20,000 nt of DNA, taken from an uncultured virus (IMG/VR IMGVR_UViG_3300030372_004205). Its lineage: Duplodnaviria; Heunggongvirae; Uroviricota; Caudoviricetes; Crassvirales. Location: IMG/VR virus record IMGVR_UViG_3300030372_004205, positions 44,679 through 64,678 of that record; one strand, given 5' to 3'. Positions 1-8,788 of the stretch are shown one piece after another. How positions within the stretch are numbered: the stretch's first letter is position 1; every line of letters starts with the position of its first letter. Below the pieces are notes generated by a model, which worked only from the letters and a program-made list of their open reading frames with translations, did no database searches and was not told where the DNA came from. The translations under genes and the position numbers were made by a program.

Positions 1-31
1 TAAATATTACACAGACTAAATACGATTACTT

Positions 32-319
32 ATGGATAATATAAGAGACGAAAACCTAAAACGATTGGGTAAATTTATAGCAGAAGAGCTAATAAGATTA
101 GCAAAAAACACCGATACTGAAGATTGGATAGAAGAAAACATGAGAGATCACACTATCGGTGAGTTAGCACGCTGTGTCACACTTCAAAATCTATATTTAG
201 ATCGCGAAGAATTTGAAAAGTGTGCTATAATGAAAATAAGAATAATGGAATTAGCAGATAGATTAGGAATCTCTGTTAGTACAGATTTAACAAATTTAGA
301 AGATGAAGATGAAATATAA
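32..319 (+). CDS. Hypothetical phage protein with possible UVR (UvrB/C)-like helical motif
   Basis: 95-aa ORF overlapping the ligase start; 'EEFEKCAIMKIRI' resembles the UVR motif (E.FE.AA.LRD.I). Confidence 0.5.
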   Translation: MDNIRDENLKRLGKFIAEELIRLAKNTDTEDWIEENMRDHTIGELARCVTLQNLYLDREEFEKCAIMKIRIMELADRLGISVSTDLTNLEDEDEI

Positions 320-1151
320 ACCAATGTTAGCTTACCCAGTAAGCGCAAAACCAATAGACTATAGTAAACCAGTATTTATACAACCAAAATTAGATGGTGT
401 TAGGTGCTTGATACAGTATGACAGTGGCGTGGTAACCGCGTACTCGCGTACAGGTAAGGTATGGAAGAATATCGACCATATAACTTGGAACTTGTATAAG
501 TTCTTTGATAAACACCCGAATGTAGTACTCGACGGCGAATTGTATAATCATGATTTTAGAGACGATTTCGAACAAATCATATCTATGGTCAGAAAAACAA
601 AACCGACTGCCGAGGCACGTATTAAATCACGCGAAAACGTACAATTTCATTGTTATGATATTGTGAATAGAAAGATGAAGTTTAGTACACGTGATTTGTG
701 GATTACTGAATATCTTTCAACAAGTTATTGCGTGAAGCATGTACCAACTCGTAAAGTTACATCAGAATCTGGTGCTAAATTAGTTCACCAAGAGCATTTA
801 AAAGCTGGTTACGAAGGTTCTATTGTAAGACTAGACACGCCTTATCAATGTAAGAGGTCGCATAGTCTTAGAAAATTCAAAGATTTCAGCGATGCTGAAG
901 CTAACATTGTTGGTTATGAAGAAGGTAAAGGCAAAAGAACTGGCACGCTAGGTAAGTTTATAATGCAAGATGATGATGGAAATCAGTTCGGCTGTCCACC
1001 AGGTAAAGGTCATAATTATAAAGATCTTGCACTAATGCTTGCTAATATCCATGAATACATGGGTCAGCGTGCTACCTTTACATATTTTGAGAGAACTAAG
1101 GCGGGATCGTACCGTCATCCACTATATAAATGTATAAGAAATTATGAATAA
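303..1151 (+). CDS. lig: ATP-dependent DNA ligase (minimal phage type)
   Basis: Motif I QPKLDGVR (KxDG), YSRTGK, motif III LDGELY, motif IV EGSIVR, motif V LRKFK, and an OB-fold C-terminus ending in RHP. Confidence 0.93.
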   Translation: MKMKYKPMLAYPVSAKPIDYSKPVFIQPKLDGVRCLIQYDSGVVTAYSRTGKVWKNIDHITWNLYKFFDKHPNVVLDGELYNHDFRDDFEQIISMVRKTKPTAEARIKSRENVQFHCYDIVNRKMKFSTRDLWITEYLSTSYCVKHVPTRKVTSESGAKLVHQEHLKAGYEGSIVRLDTPYQCKRSHSLRKFKDFSDAEANIVGYEEGKGKRTGTLGKFIMQDDDGNQFGCPPGKGHNYKDLALMLANIHEYMGQRATFTYFERTKAGSYRHPLYKCIRNYE

Positions 1152-1272
1152 AAGATTAGTGATAAAGGTTGTTGAACACAACAACACGTGGGATAAAGAT
1201 CATTGGTATCATAAACGAATGAGAATAATAACTGGAACTTTAAAACCAAACTGTGACAAAAGCCTTAAATAA
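1144..1272 (+). CDS. Small hypothetical protein (42 aa, not in ORF track)
   Basis: Manual translation MNKRLVIKVVEHNNTWDKDHWYHKRMRIITGTLKPNCDKSLK*; overlaps the ligase stop and fills the gap. Confidence 0.45.
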   Translation: MNKRLVIKVVEHNNTWDKDHWYHKRMRIITGTLKPNCDKSLK

Positions 1273-1298
1273 CTATATAGTAGGGGGCTAATGTCACA
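1252..1298. promoter_or_regulatory. Inverted repeat/hairpin overlapping the start of the HTH gene
   Basis: TGTGACAaaAGCC...GGCTaaTGTCACA (11/13 complementary) enclosing the perfect palindrome ACTATATAGT; the right arm contains the ATG at 1291. Confidence 0.55.
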
Positions 1299-1929
1299 AA
1301 TTATAACAATGGATAGAAGATTTAAGTATTTATGGGACAATAGGGTGGTATATAGAAGAAATCCTATCACAGACACACCGGATGAAGAAACAGACCAATA
1401 CATGTTTTATAAAGATGGTACACACCAGTGTTATGACTTGTTTAGAAGTAAAGCAAAAATTACAACATGGAGGTCGTTTTATTGGCACATGATGGTGTTA
1501 TGGCACTTGAATCCAGAATGGGACGATGCTAAAGCTATGGAGATCGCTGAATACTTAGCTTATAAACCAAATGGTTTTACTACATTTAGTATGAATAAAT
1601 GGAATTTAGCTAGATTAGTATATGAGGTATCTGTATTAGATTTAGAAACACCACCACAAAATAAACTTAGGAAAATTATATTTAAGCCGAATTGTGGTTT
1701 AGATAAAATAGAAAAACTTAAGATAGTAGGTAAATTAATAGGTAGATTAAGAGGTGTACAAAAAGAAGATGTATACACGAGCATGTTACTATTGAATGAT
1801 AGTGACGAAAAAATAACCATAACTAAATTAGCTAATAGCCTAAAAGTAACGCCGAGAACCGTACATAGACATATGTGTGGCGAATTAAAACAAATAAAAA
1901 AAGAATTAAATGAAGAGATTGATATATGA
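1291..1929 (+). CDS. DNA-binding protein with C-terminal helix-turn-helix
   Basis: C-terminal KITITKLANSLKVTPRTVHRHM fits an HTH pattern; lies in the replication module. Confidence 0.6.
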   Translation: MSQIITMDRRFKYLWDNRVVYRRNPITDTPDEETDQYMFYKDGTHQCYDLFRSKAKITTWRSFYWHMMVLWHLNPEWDDAKAMEIAEYLAYKPNGFTTFSMNKWNLARLVYEVSVLDLETPPQNKLRKIIFKPNCGLDKIEKLKIVGKLIGRLRGVQKEDVYTSMLLLNDSDEKITITKLANSLKVTPRTVHRHMCGELKQIKKELNEEIDI

Positions 1930-2017
1930 TCTGTACTATGCAGATGAAATAACTAAAGAAGTGGCGATAAAATTGCTAGATAAATGGAGTTATAATTATA
2001 ATAAAAGAAAATATTAA
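1910..2017 (+). CDS. Small hypothetical protein (35 aa, not in ORF track)
   Basis: MKRLIYDLYYADEITKEVAIKLLDKWSYNYNKRKY*; fills the gap and stops 2 nt before the sigma ATG. Confidence 0.5.
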   Translation: MKRLIYDLYYADEITKEVAIKLLDKWSYNYNKRKY

Positions 2018-2019
2018 AT

Positions 2020-2775
2020 ATGAAAAAATATCACGTACAAAATTATATAAGATGGAAAGAAGATATCAAAAAATCTATAAGTAGATTACCAGATGTTCCA
2101 TATGAGGAATTAAGTAGAGATCAATTGATTATAAAGTTTTTACCATTAGTAGAAAGTTTATCTATGAAATTCTCAACCTCACAATCAGCTAGTGGAGTAA
2201 TGAGTATAATGGATTTATTACAAGAGGGTAATTATGGTCTATGCGCTGGTGTAGATAGGATAGATTGGGATACAATTTTAGCATCTAAAGATCAAGAAAA
2301 AACTTTAAAATCGTTTTTAGCTAAAAGAATTAAAGGAGCTATACGAAGAGGAATTGATACAAATAGAGGTAGCATGCGAATACCTGAGCACAAGTTGAAT
2401 GAAATAAGAAAAGATTTTGGTGAAGATCGTAAGGCTGTAGAGTTGTTTTTCAACTCAGTATTTACAAGTCTTGATGATGGAACACCAGAGCAACAGAGTG
2501 CAGCTTATAATATACCTGAGATCAAAGAGTATAATAAAGAGTTATTAGCAGCCTACTTAAAAGCATTAATGTTACAATATTTAAATCCTAAAGAATATCA
2601 AGTGTTAAGATTATCTTATGGACTTGATTGCGAAAAACATTCCGCTAAAGAAATTGCTGATATATTAGGCATAAAAGGCACTAGCTCTTATGTGCGAGTT
2701 TCACAGTTAAAAAAGCAAGCAATAACAAAGTTAATAGAGAACGTTCCTGAGTCGCAAGTGGTTGACTACCTGTGA
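2020..2775 (+). CDS. Phage-encoded RNA polymerase sigma70-family factor
   Basis: Region 2-like LIIKFLPLVESLSMKF...DLLQEGNYGL...RIKGAIRRGID, then MRIPEH, and region 4 LNPKEYQVLRLSYGL...SAKEIADILGI...VSQLKKQAITKL. Confidence 0.88.
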   Translation: MKKYHVQNYIRWKEDIKKSISRLPDVPYEELSRDQLIIKFLPLVESLSMKFSTSQSASGVMSIMDLLQEGNYGLCAGVDRIDWDTILASKDQEKTLKSFLAKRIKGAIRRGIDTNRGSMRIPEHKLNEIRKDFGEDRKAVELFFNSVFTSLDDGTPEQQSAAYNIPEIKEYNKELLAAYLKALMLQYLNPKEYQVLRLSYGLDCEKHSAKEIADILGIKGTSSYVRVSQLKKQAITKLIENVPESQVVDYL

Positions 2776-2813
2776 GTTACGAGTGGTTCACTAATGTAAA
2801 TTATTAATTCTAT

Positions 2814-2830
2814 ATGTAATTATATATATA
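2814..2830 (+). promoter_or_regulatory. Putative phage promoter motif (RTGTAAT-AT-rich-TATA)
   Basis: ATGTAATTATATATATA in the intergenic gap, with TGTAAT 34 nt upstream of the ERF ATG; a similar motif sits at 16589-16607 on the minus strand. Confidence 0.35.
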
Positions 2831-2848
2831 GACCAAGACCAATAGACT

Positions 2849-3412
2849 ATGAAGAAATTAAACCAAAAACTATCAGTTATACAGACTGAATTAAAAGCAA
2901 AAAAATCTTCGTATAATTCTTTCGGGAAGTATTATTTCCGAAAGGCCGAAGATATACTCGAGGCAGTAAAGCCTTTCTTACTACGGGAAGGTGTATCAGT
3001 AAGAGTCGACGAAGAATTGATTCACGATACACCACCTACAATAAAATCAACAGCCACAATTTCTGATGGCGAAAATTCAATCACAGCTACAGCAATAGTC
3101 GGTGTAGATCTTAATCAAAAAGGTATGCAAACGGCTCAACAATTTGGAGCAGCTTCATCTTACGGGAAAAAGTATGCATTAGGCAACTTATTTCTAATTG
3201 ATGATACAGCTGATGCTGACTCGACTAATAGTCATGGGAGAGCGGCGCAGCTTACTCAAAGTATGGGATTTACTAAAGCTAAAATGAATGATGAGCAATT
3301 AAAAAAAGCTGTTGAGTTTGTAAAAGGAGGAGGAGCTATTACTGCTATCGAGTCTAAATATACCGTTACACCTGAACAAATGAAAACATTAAAAAACGGA
3401 GTTAATGGATAA
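2849..3412 (+). CDS. erf: ERF-family single-strand annealing protein
   Basis: IQTELKAKKSSYNSFGKYYFRKAEDILEAVKP and the ERF signature QQFGAASSYGKKYALGNLFLIDDTADAD. Confidence 0.88.
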   Translation: MKKLNQKLSVIQTELKAKKSSYNSFGKYYFRKAEDILEAVKPFLLREGVSVRVDEELIHDTPPTIKSTATISDGENSITATAIVGVDLNQKGMQTAQQFGAASSYGKKYALGNLFLIDDTADADSTNSHGRAAQLTQSMGFTKAKMNDEQLKKAVEFVKGGGAITAIESKYTVTPEQMKTLKNGVNG

Positions 3413-4139
3413 AGAAAAAATAATTGAGAAATTAACACAGGACGAACATTACTATGGAAAATTTGGTAAACAGTTCTTGAGTAATTCAGATATATCTATA
3501 TTACTTAAAAATCCTAGGTTGTTAAGAGAAGATAAACCGAAGACATCAGCAATGGTGATAGGAGGCTATTTTCACACTGCAATACTAGAACCTGATAAAC
3601 TTGAACAATTCAAGATTATTAAGTCTACAACTAGGAATACTAAAGTGTATAAAGAAATGTCTGGAGGCGAGATTTGTTTGCTTCAACATGAGGTTGATAA
3701 AATAGAGTTAATGAGAGAAGCTGTTATGGATAATAAAATCTGTAGGGAACTCATAGATGGTCTTGGTGCCGTCGAATACGAGATACCTGGAGTTACTGAA
3801 ATACATGGGAACATGTGGAAAGGTAAAGCAGATATTGTTAACCACGACGAAAGACTTATAATAGATCTTAAGACAACTAGTGATATTGATAGGTTTAAGT
3901 GGTCAGCCGCTAAGTTCAACTATGATAGTCAAGCTTATATCTATAGCAACCTATTTGGCTATGAGATGTTGTTTATGGTAATAGACAAAGAAACATTACA
4001 AATAGGTTTGTTCGACTGTTCTCCAGATTTTTATTCTTCTGGAGAGGATAAAGTACGTAAAGCTACTGACGCGTACGAACTGTTTTATAAGACAGATGAT
4101 TTTGACAGTAAGCAATATTTAATAACTAAAACCTTATAA
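3405..4139 (+). CDS. PD-(D/E)XK exonuclease (RecE/exonuclease VIII-like, DUF3799-like)
   Basis: LSNSDI, G..FHTAILEP, KGKADIV, IIDLKTT and YDSQAYIY motifs; directly downstream of ERF. Confidence 0.85.
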   Translation: MDKEKIIEKLTQDEHYYGKFGKQFLSNSDISILLKNPRLLREDKPKTSAMVIGGYFHTAILEPDKLEQFKIIKSTTRNTKVYKEMSGGEICLLQHEVDKIELMREAVMDNKICRELIDGLGAVEYEIPGVTEIHGNMWKGKADIVNHDERLIIDLKTTSDIDRFKWSAAKFNYDSQAYIYSNLFGYEMLFMVIDKETLQIGLFDCSPDFYSSGEDKVRKATDAYELFYKTDDFDSKQYLITKTL

Positions 4140-4143
4140 ACCT

Positions 4144-4338
4144 ATGGCAACAGCTTATAAAATGAAAACATGTGCTATATCTGGGAAGAGATTTAGAGCT
4201 AATAATAACAATTTCTATTTCAATGCAAACTCCCCGGATAAATTACACCCTTATCATAAGAAATATGATAATTTTAGACGGACGACCGGGGCGTCTGTAA
4301 ACAAAGTAAAAGAATTAGTTAACTTAATAAACGGATAA
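4144..4338 (+). CDS. Small basic hypothetical protein, degenerate Zn-finger-like
   Basis: 64-aa ORF in operon; KTCAISGKRF...FY...DKLHPYHKKYD. Confidence 0.6.
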   Translation: MATAYKMKTCAISGKRFRANNNNFYFNANSPDKLHPYHKKYDNFRRTTGASVNKVKELVNLING

Positions 4339-4341
4339 AAT

Positions 4342-4647
4342 ATGGCAAGTATAATAAAAACTTCTATAAATCTTTCTGAAATACCGAAAGATAAGATATT
4401 TGTAGGGAAGAAAGGAAAGTACCTACCAATAACAATAACTATAAATGATGAAGTCGATCAATTTGGTAATCAAGGACCAGTTGTTGTTGAACAAACTAAA
4501 GAGGAAAGAGATGCTAAGGCAGCTAAAACCTACTTGGGTAACGTTAGAGTAGTGTGGACAAACGGCGACAATGTTGCTACTGCTCCACGAGATAATCAAC
4601 CAGCGGCTGAACCAGCAACCGTAAAACCAGAAGACTTACCGTTTTAA
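4342..4647 (+). CDS. Putative single-stranded DNA-binding protein
   Basis: Beta-rich N-terminal part, flexible Pro/Ala tail ending in EDLPF (SSB C-terminal tip); located between the recombinase pair and the primase-helicase. Confidence 0.65.
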   Translation: MASIIKTSINLSEIPKDKIFVGKKGKYLPITITINDEVDQFGNQGPVVVEQTKEERDAKAAKTYLGNVRVVWTNGDNVATAPRDNQPAAEPATVKPEDLPF

Positions 4648-4650
4648 TAT

Positions 4651-6372
4651 ATGAATATAGAAAACACAGAGATCAATGGATTCTTGATTGACCAATTCAA
4701 TCAATACAGTCTAAAACCTGGGAGCACTCAAGGCGTTTGTCCTTTGTGCTCTCACACTAGACAACCTAAGAATCAGAAGCTACAATGCGCTTCTTATGAT
4801 TGGGAACGTGGTCTCGGCACTTGTCATAACTGTGACACTAGTTTTCAATTACATACTTACCAACGTAAGGGTAATGCAACTAAAGAATACGTAAAACCAA
4901 TACCGGTTGAAGTATTCGAACCAGTTAAAGACAAGGCTGTTGAATGGTTTAAAACCAGAGGTATATCTCAACAAACGCTAGATGACTTATATGTTACAAC
5001 GGGTGATGAGTTTATGCCTCAAACAGGGCGGAAGGAGAACACTATACAGTTTAATTATATTATGGGTGATGAACTTGTTAATGTAAAGTATAGAGATGGA
5101 AGAAAGAATTTTAAACTATATAAAGGTGCTGAAAAGATATTCTACAATATTAATAGTATTGTAGGATATGACTGGTGCGTTATCACTGAAGGCGAAATGG
5201 ATGCATTAGCACTACACGAAGCTGGAATTAAAAATGTGATATCAGTTCCTAACGGTGCCACGTTAAACAGTAATAATCTAGATTATCTAGATAATTGTAT
5301 TGATTATTTTGAAGACAAGGAAAAGATTATATTAGCAGTCGATGCTGATGAAGCTGGTCAAGCTTTAAGATATGAGTTTATTAGGCGTCTTGGCGCTGAA
5401 GTCTGTTACTTAGTAGATTTCAACGGTAATAAAGACTCTAATGACTTCTTAGTAGAACATGGAGCAGAAGAACTTAGAAAGGTTATAAACTCTGCTACAC
5501 AAGTTCCGTTAGAAGGAGTTTCAACTCTTAGAGATATAGAGGCTGATTTACTCGACTTTGTACACAATGGTTTTAAACCTGGTTACCAAGTTGGTTTACC
5601 TAATTTTGATAGGATATTTTCAACATATACTTCACAGTTTATTACTGTTACTGGTATACCATCATCTGGTAAGTCAGATTTTGTAGACCAAATGTGTATA
5701 GGTTATAATAGAAACTATGGATGGAAAACAGCTTTTGCATCTCCAGAAAACAAACCTAATTTCTTACATGCCCATAAGCTAATACGTAAAACATGGGAAG
5801 GATTACCAACAAAAGATGATGTTGGTAGTGCTAAGTGGAAACAAGTTACTAATCATATTAATGATAATTATTTCTTTATTGATATGGATAGATATACACT
5901 TGAAGAGGTTTTACGTAAAGGCGCTGAGCTTGTAAAACGTAAAGGCATTAAATGTTTAGTTATTGATCCTTTTAATAAAATTAGAGATATTGATTGTAAA
6001 ACAGAAGACGTTAATCGTTACACCATGGAGTATTTAACTAAGATCGAAACGTTTGCTAAAAAGTATGATGTGTTGGTTATGGTTGTTGCTCATCCTACTA
6101 AAATGTATAAAGACAAAGAGGGTAAAATGGAAGAACCCACGATGTATAGCATTAAAGGTGGCGGTGAATGGTATGATGCTAGTTATCACGGGCTTTTAGT
6201 TCATAGAGATTATGAAGCTAAAACAGTTAAGGTTAAAGTCTTAAAAGTTAAGTTTCAAAATCTAGGTGAGAATCAAGCTGAGTCTCATTTTAATTGGGAG
6301 CCAAAATCAGGTAGTTACATACCGTTAGTAACTGATGCAGCTGATGTTGGAGCATTACCATGGGAAAGTTAA
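4651..6372 (+). CDS. Bifunctional DNA primase-helicase (T7 gp4/Twinkle-like)
   Basis: Zn finger CPLC...CHNC, TOPRIM ITEGEMDAL and DAD, SF4 helicase Walker A GIPSSGKS, Walker B LVIDP, VAHPTK. Confidence 0.93.
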   Translation: MNIENTEINGFLIDQFNQYSLKPGSTQGVCPLCSHTRQPKNQKLQCASYDWERGLGTCHNCDTSFQLHTYQRKGNATKEYVKPIPVEVFEPVKDKAVEWFKTRGISQQTLDDLYVTTGDEFMPQTGRKENTIQFNYIMGDELVNVKYRDGRKNFKLYKGAEKIFYNINSIVGYDWCVITEGEMDALALHEAGIKNVISVPNGATLNSNNLDYLDNCIDYFEDKEKIILAVDADEAGQALRYEFIRRLGAEVCYLVDFNGNKDSNDFLVEHGAEELRKVINSATQVPLEGVSTLRDIEADLLDFVHNGFKPGYQVGLPNFDRIFSTYTSQFITVTGIPSSGKSDFVDQMCIGYNRNYGWKTAFASPENKPNFLHAHKLIRKTWEGLPTKDDVGSAKWKQVTNHINDNYFFIDMDRYTLEEVLRKGAELVKRKGIKCLVIDPFNKIRDIDCKTEDVNRYTMEYLTKIETFAKKYDVLVMVVAHPTKMYKDKEGKMEEPTMYSIKGGGEWYDASYHGLLVHRDYEAKTVKVKVLKVKFQNLGENQAESHFNWEPKSGSYIPLVTDAADVGALPWES

Positions 6373-6623
6373 AAGAGGAACACGGTAAATACCCTAAACA
6401 CGAAAGACAAGATTTAACGTCTTACAAATGGTGTTTTAGTAATGGGATAAAAATAGGACCGATTCCTCTTTGGGGTAGTGACTATGGTAATTGGACAGTG
6501 GAGATAACAATGAACGGTAAAAGAAACACTGATCCCAATAGATATAAGAAAGAAAGCATTATGTACAAAGTGTACGAATACTGCGATTATTATTATAATA
6601 AATATAAGAAAGATGGAGAATAG
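6360..6623 (+). CDS. Hypothetical protein
   Basis: 87-aa ORF overlapping both neighbours; no recognised motif. Confidence 0.6.
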   Translation: MGKLKEEHGKYPKHERQDLTSYKWCFSNGIKIGPIPLWGSDYGNWTVEITMNGKRNTDPNRYKKESIMYKVYEYCDYYYNKYKKDGE

Positions 6624-7269
6624 ATTTAAAAACGCAAATGAAGCTTTTAAGTATTTTAAATGGCAAATACCAGAATATGGTGTTGAATTTGATGATACAC
6701 AAGCTTTATTTAATGTAGGTTTCTACTTAGAAAATCCAATGGACAATTTAATTGAAGATCAAGATCGTAATTGGAAATGGAATTATGCCGAAGCTGAATG
6801 GCAATGGTATTTATCTGGTGATAGAAACGTTAATAAGCTAGGTGAATTGTACGGCAAAGTACCTGAAATATGGAATAGAATGTCGGACGCTTGGGGTAAT
6901 GTTAATTCTAATTATGGTTGGCAGTGGAAAAGAGATGATCAATTAGATAATGTTATAGCAATGTTAAAAACAAACCCTAGAACTAGACAAGCTGCTATTA
7001 GTATTTATGATGCCAAGGAAATAAACTATGGACATTATACACATGATACCCCATGTACTTATGCTGTGCAGTTTACAATTGTAGGACAAAAGCTTAATAT
7101 GTGTGTTGTGATGCGTTCTAATGACCTCTGGTACGGTTTCTGCAACGATCAGTACTGTTTCTCTAAGTTACAGGAATTAGTTGCTGTGGAGACAGGTTTG
7201 TTAATAGGTAATTATTACCACTTTGCACACAACCTTCATCTATATGATAATATAATTGAAAAGCTATGA
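6613..7269 (+). CDS. Thymidylate synthase superfamily enzyme, dCMP hydroxymethylase-like (T4 gp42-type)
   Basis: YAEAEWQWY, VPEIW...VNSNYG, RTRQA, catalytic DTPCT, MRSNDLWYGFCND (Asp at the specificity position) and HNLHLY. Confidence 0.8.
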   Translation: MENRFKNANEAFKYFKWQIPEYGVEFDDTQALFNVGFYLENPMDNLIEDQDRNWKWNYAEAEWQWYLSGDRNVNKLGELYGKVPEIWNRMSDAWGNVNSNYGWQWKRDDQLDNVIAMLKTNPRTRQAAISIYDAKEINYGHYTHDTPCTYAVQFTIVGQKLNMCVVMRSNDLWYGFCNDQYCFSKLQELVAVETGLLIGNYYHFAHNLHLYDNIIEKL

Positions 7270-8078
7270 TAGAAGGAAAATACATAATATACCACATACC
7301 AGGAAAAAAGATCGGTGTTACAAACGACTTATATAATAGAGTTGAATTGCAACAGGGTTATGAGGTAGGTGAGTATGAAATTCTAGAGTCTTCTGACGAT
7401 ATAGATTACATATCTAAAAAAGAAATAGAATTACAGAAGGAATATGGTTACAGAGTTGACCCTATTCCATATAATGAACTGAATGTTAACCAAAAATTAA
7501 AAAATATGAATATAAACGTTACGGAACAAACTACTACATTTCCGTGTCCTGTCAACAAACTGAAAGGTCAGTTGATGGACAACTTGCAAATGCACTGGAA
7601 TACAGAGTTTGGAGAAGTTTACCTAGATGTTGATTTAGCTAAGTGGATAGTTAAAAACGCTAAAACATCTATGTTCAATAATGATCGTTGCTATGTTTAT
7701 AATAAAGCACTAGCAAGATATGTTGATAACAAGAGAAATCAACTTCCATTTAAAGAAGAAGATATCTATGAGCATGATGACAGCGTGGTTTTTTACTTTG
7801 ATAAAATTAGAGATTGGGCTGAAGCCAAAGGTATATATGCTAAAGGCGATCCTAAAACTCAATATATTAAACTAATGGAAGAAGCTGGAGAGGTTGGTAG
7901 AGCTATATTAAAAGAAGATTTACCTGAAATAAAAGATGGTATCGGTGACATGGTTGTTGTGCTAACCAACTTAGCGGAACTTTGTGATTTAACAATTGAA
8001 GAATGTGTTGAGTCAGCTTATGATGTTATAAGTAAAAGAACTGGTAAAATGAAAAATGGAACATTTGTAAAAGATTAA
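7266..8078 (+). CDS. MazG-like all-alpha NTP pyrophosphohydrolase fused to N-terminal domains (possible GIY-YIG-like)
   Basis: C-terminal KLMEEAGEVGRAILK...EIKDGIGDMVVVL...AYDVISKRTGKMKNGTFVKD (EExxE...ExxD); N-terminal YIIYHIPGKKIGVT...R...E. Confidence 0.8.
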   Translation: MIEGKYIIYHIPGKKIGVTNDLYNRVELQQGYEVGEYEILESSDDIDYISKKEIELQKEYGYRVDPIPYNELNVNQKLKNMNINVTEQTTTFPCPVNKLKGQLMDNLQMHWNTEFGEVYLDVDLAKWIVKNAKTSMFNNDRCYVYNKALARYVDNKRNQLPFKEEDIYEHDDSVVFYFDKIRDWAEAKGIYAKGDPKTQYIKLMEEAGEVGRAILKEDLPEIKDGIGDMVVVLTNLAELCDLTIEECVESAYDVISKRTGKMKNGTFVKD

Positions 8079-8081
8079 TAT

Positions 8082-8363
8082 ATGAGTAGTAGAGAAATAA
8101 TGAATGCTAAGGGTTTTGGTGAATTAGAAGAAATGATTAATTTTAGAGATCCTGTTGTAAAACGTGTTGTAGATAAATTCAGAGACAGATCAGATGCTGG
8201 ATATGAAAAATATGGTACGACTCTAGATGAAGAGAGAACAACGAAAATGAAAGGTCTAATGAAATATCTAATTGATATTCAGGAGGAACTGATGGACGCA
8301 ATTTTGTATATACAAACTGCTCAAGAAGAACTTAAAGAATTTTTAGATGAGAAAGAGACATAA
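8082..8363 (+). CDS. Conserved phage helical protein, possible MazG/dNTP-pyrophosphatase-like fold
   Basis: RSDAGYEKYGTTL...IQEELMDAILY (EExxD acidic motif); adjacent to the MazG gene. Confidence 0.6.
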   Translation: MSSREIMNAKGFGELEEMINFRDPVVKRVVDKFRDRSDAGYEKYGTTLDEERTTKMKGLMKYLIDIQEELMDAILYIQTAQEELKEFLDEKET

Positions 8364-8787
8364 GAAAAGAGGACCAGTTAGGTCTAAGAAGGTTGTGCTT
8401 GACGGTATAACCTTCGCTTCTGGTCTTGAGAAGTATATGTATCTAGCTCTTAAGAAAGCTAAAATAAAAGCTGATTATGAGGGTGAAACATTTACTTTAA
8501 TAGATGGGTTTGAATTTGATACTACTAGTTATGAAAGACAATCTAACGGTAAAGGAGAGTTTAAAAACAGAGGAGATAAAAAGATATTACCAATACGATA
8601 CACACCAGACTTTGTAAGTGAATGGTTTATAATAGAATGTAAAGGTCGAGCAAACGAAAGTTTCCCAATGAGATGGAAACTGTTTAAGAGAATGATTAAT
8701 AAACAACGACCGTATGTAACTTTATATAAGCCTCAAAACCAGAAGGAATGTGATCAGGTAGTAGAGTTAATAACTAAAAATAAATAA
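8347..8787 (+). CDS. T7 endonuclease I-like Holliday junction resolvase
   Basis: FASGLE, YE, YTPDF and IIECKG form the PD-(D/E)XK pattern of the endonuclease I family. Confidence 0.8.
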   Translation: MRKRHKKRGPVRSKKVVLDGITFASGLEKYMYLALKKAKIKADYEGETFTLIDGFEFDTTSYERQSNGKGEFKNRGDKKILPIRYTPDFVSEWFIIECKGRANESFPMRWKLFKRMINKQRPYVTLYKPQNQKECDQVVELITKNK

Positions 8788-8788
8788 T

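Noticed and set aside
2830..2848. Short AGACCA direct repeats before erf
   Set aside because: Too short and too few to support an iteron or operator call.
6613..7269. Annotation as plain thyA
   Set aside because: It has Asp rather than Asn at the substrate-specificity position plus gp42-like motifs, so the gene symbol is withheld.
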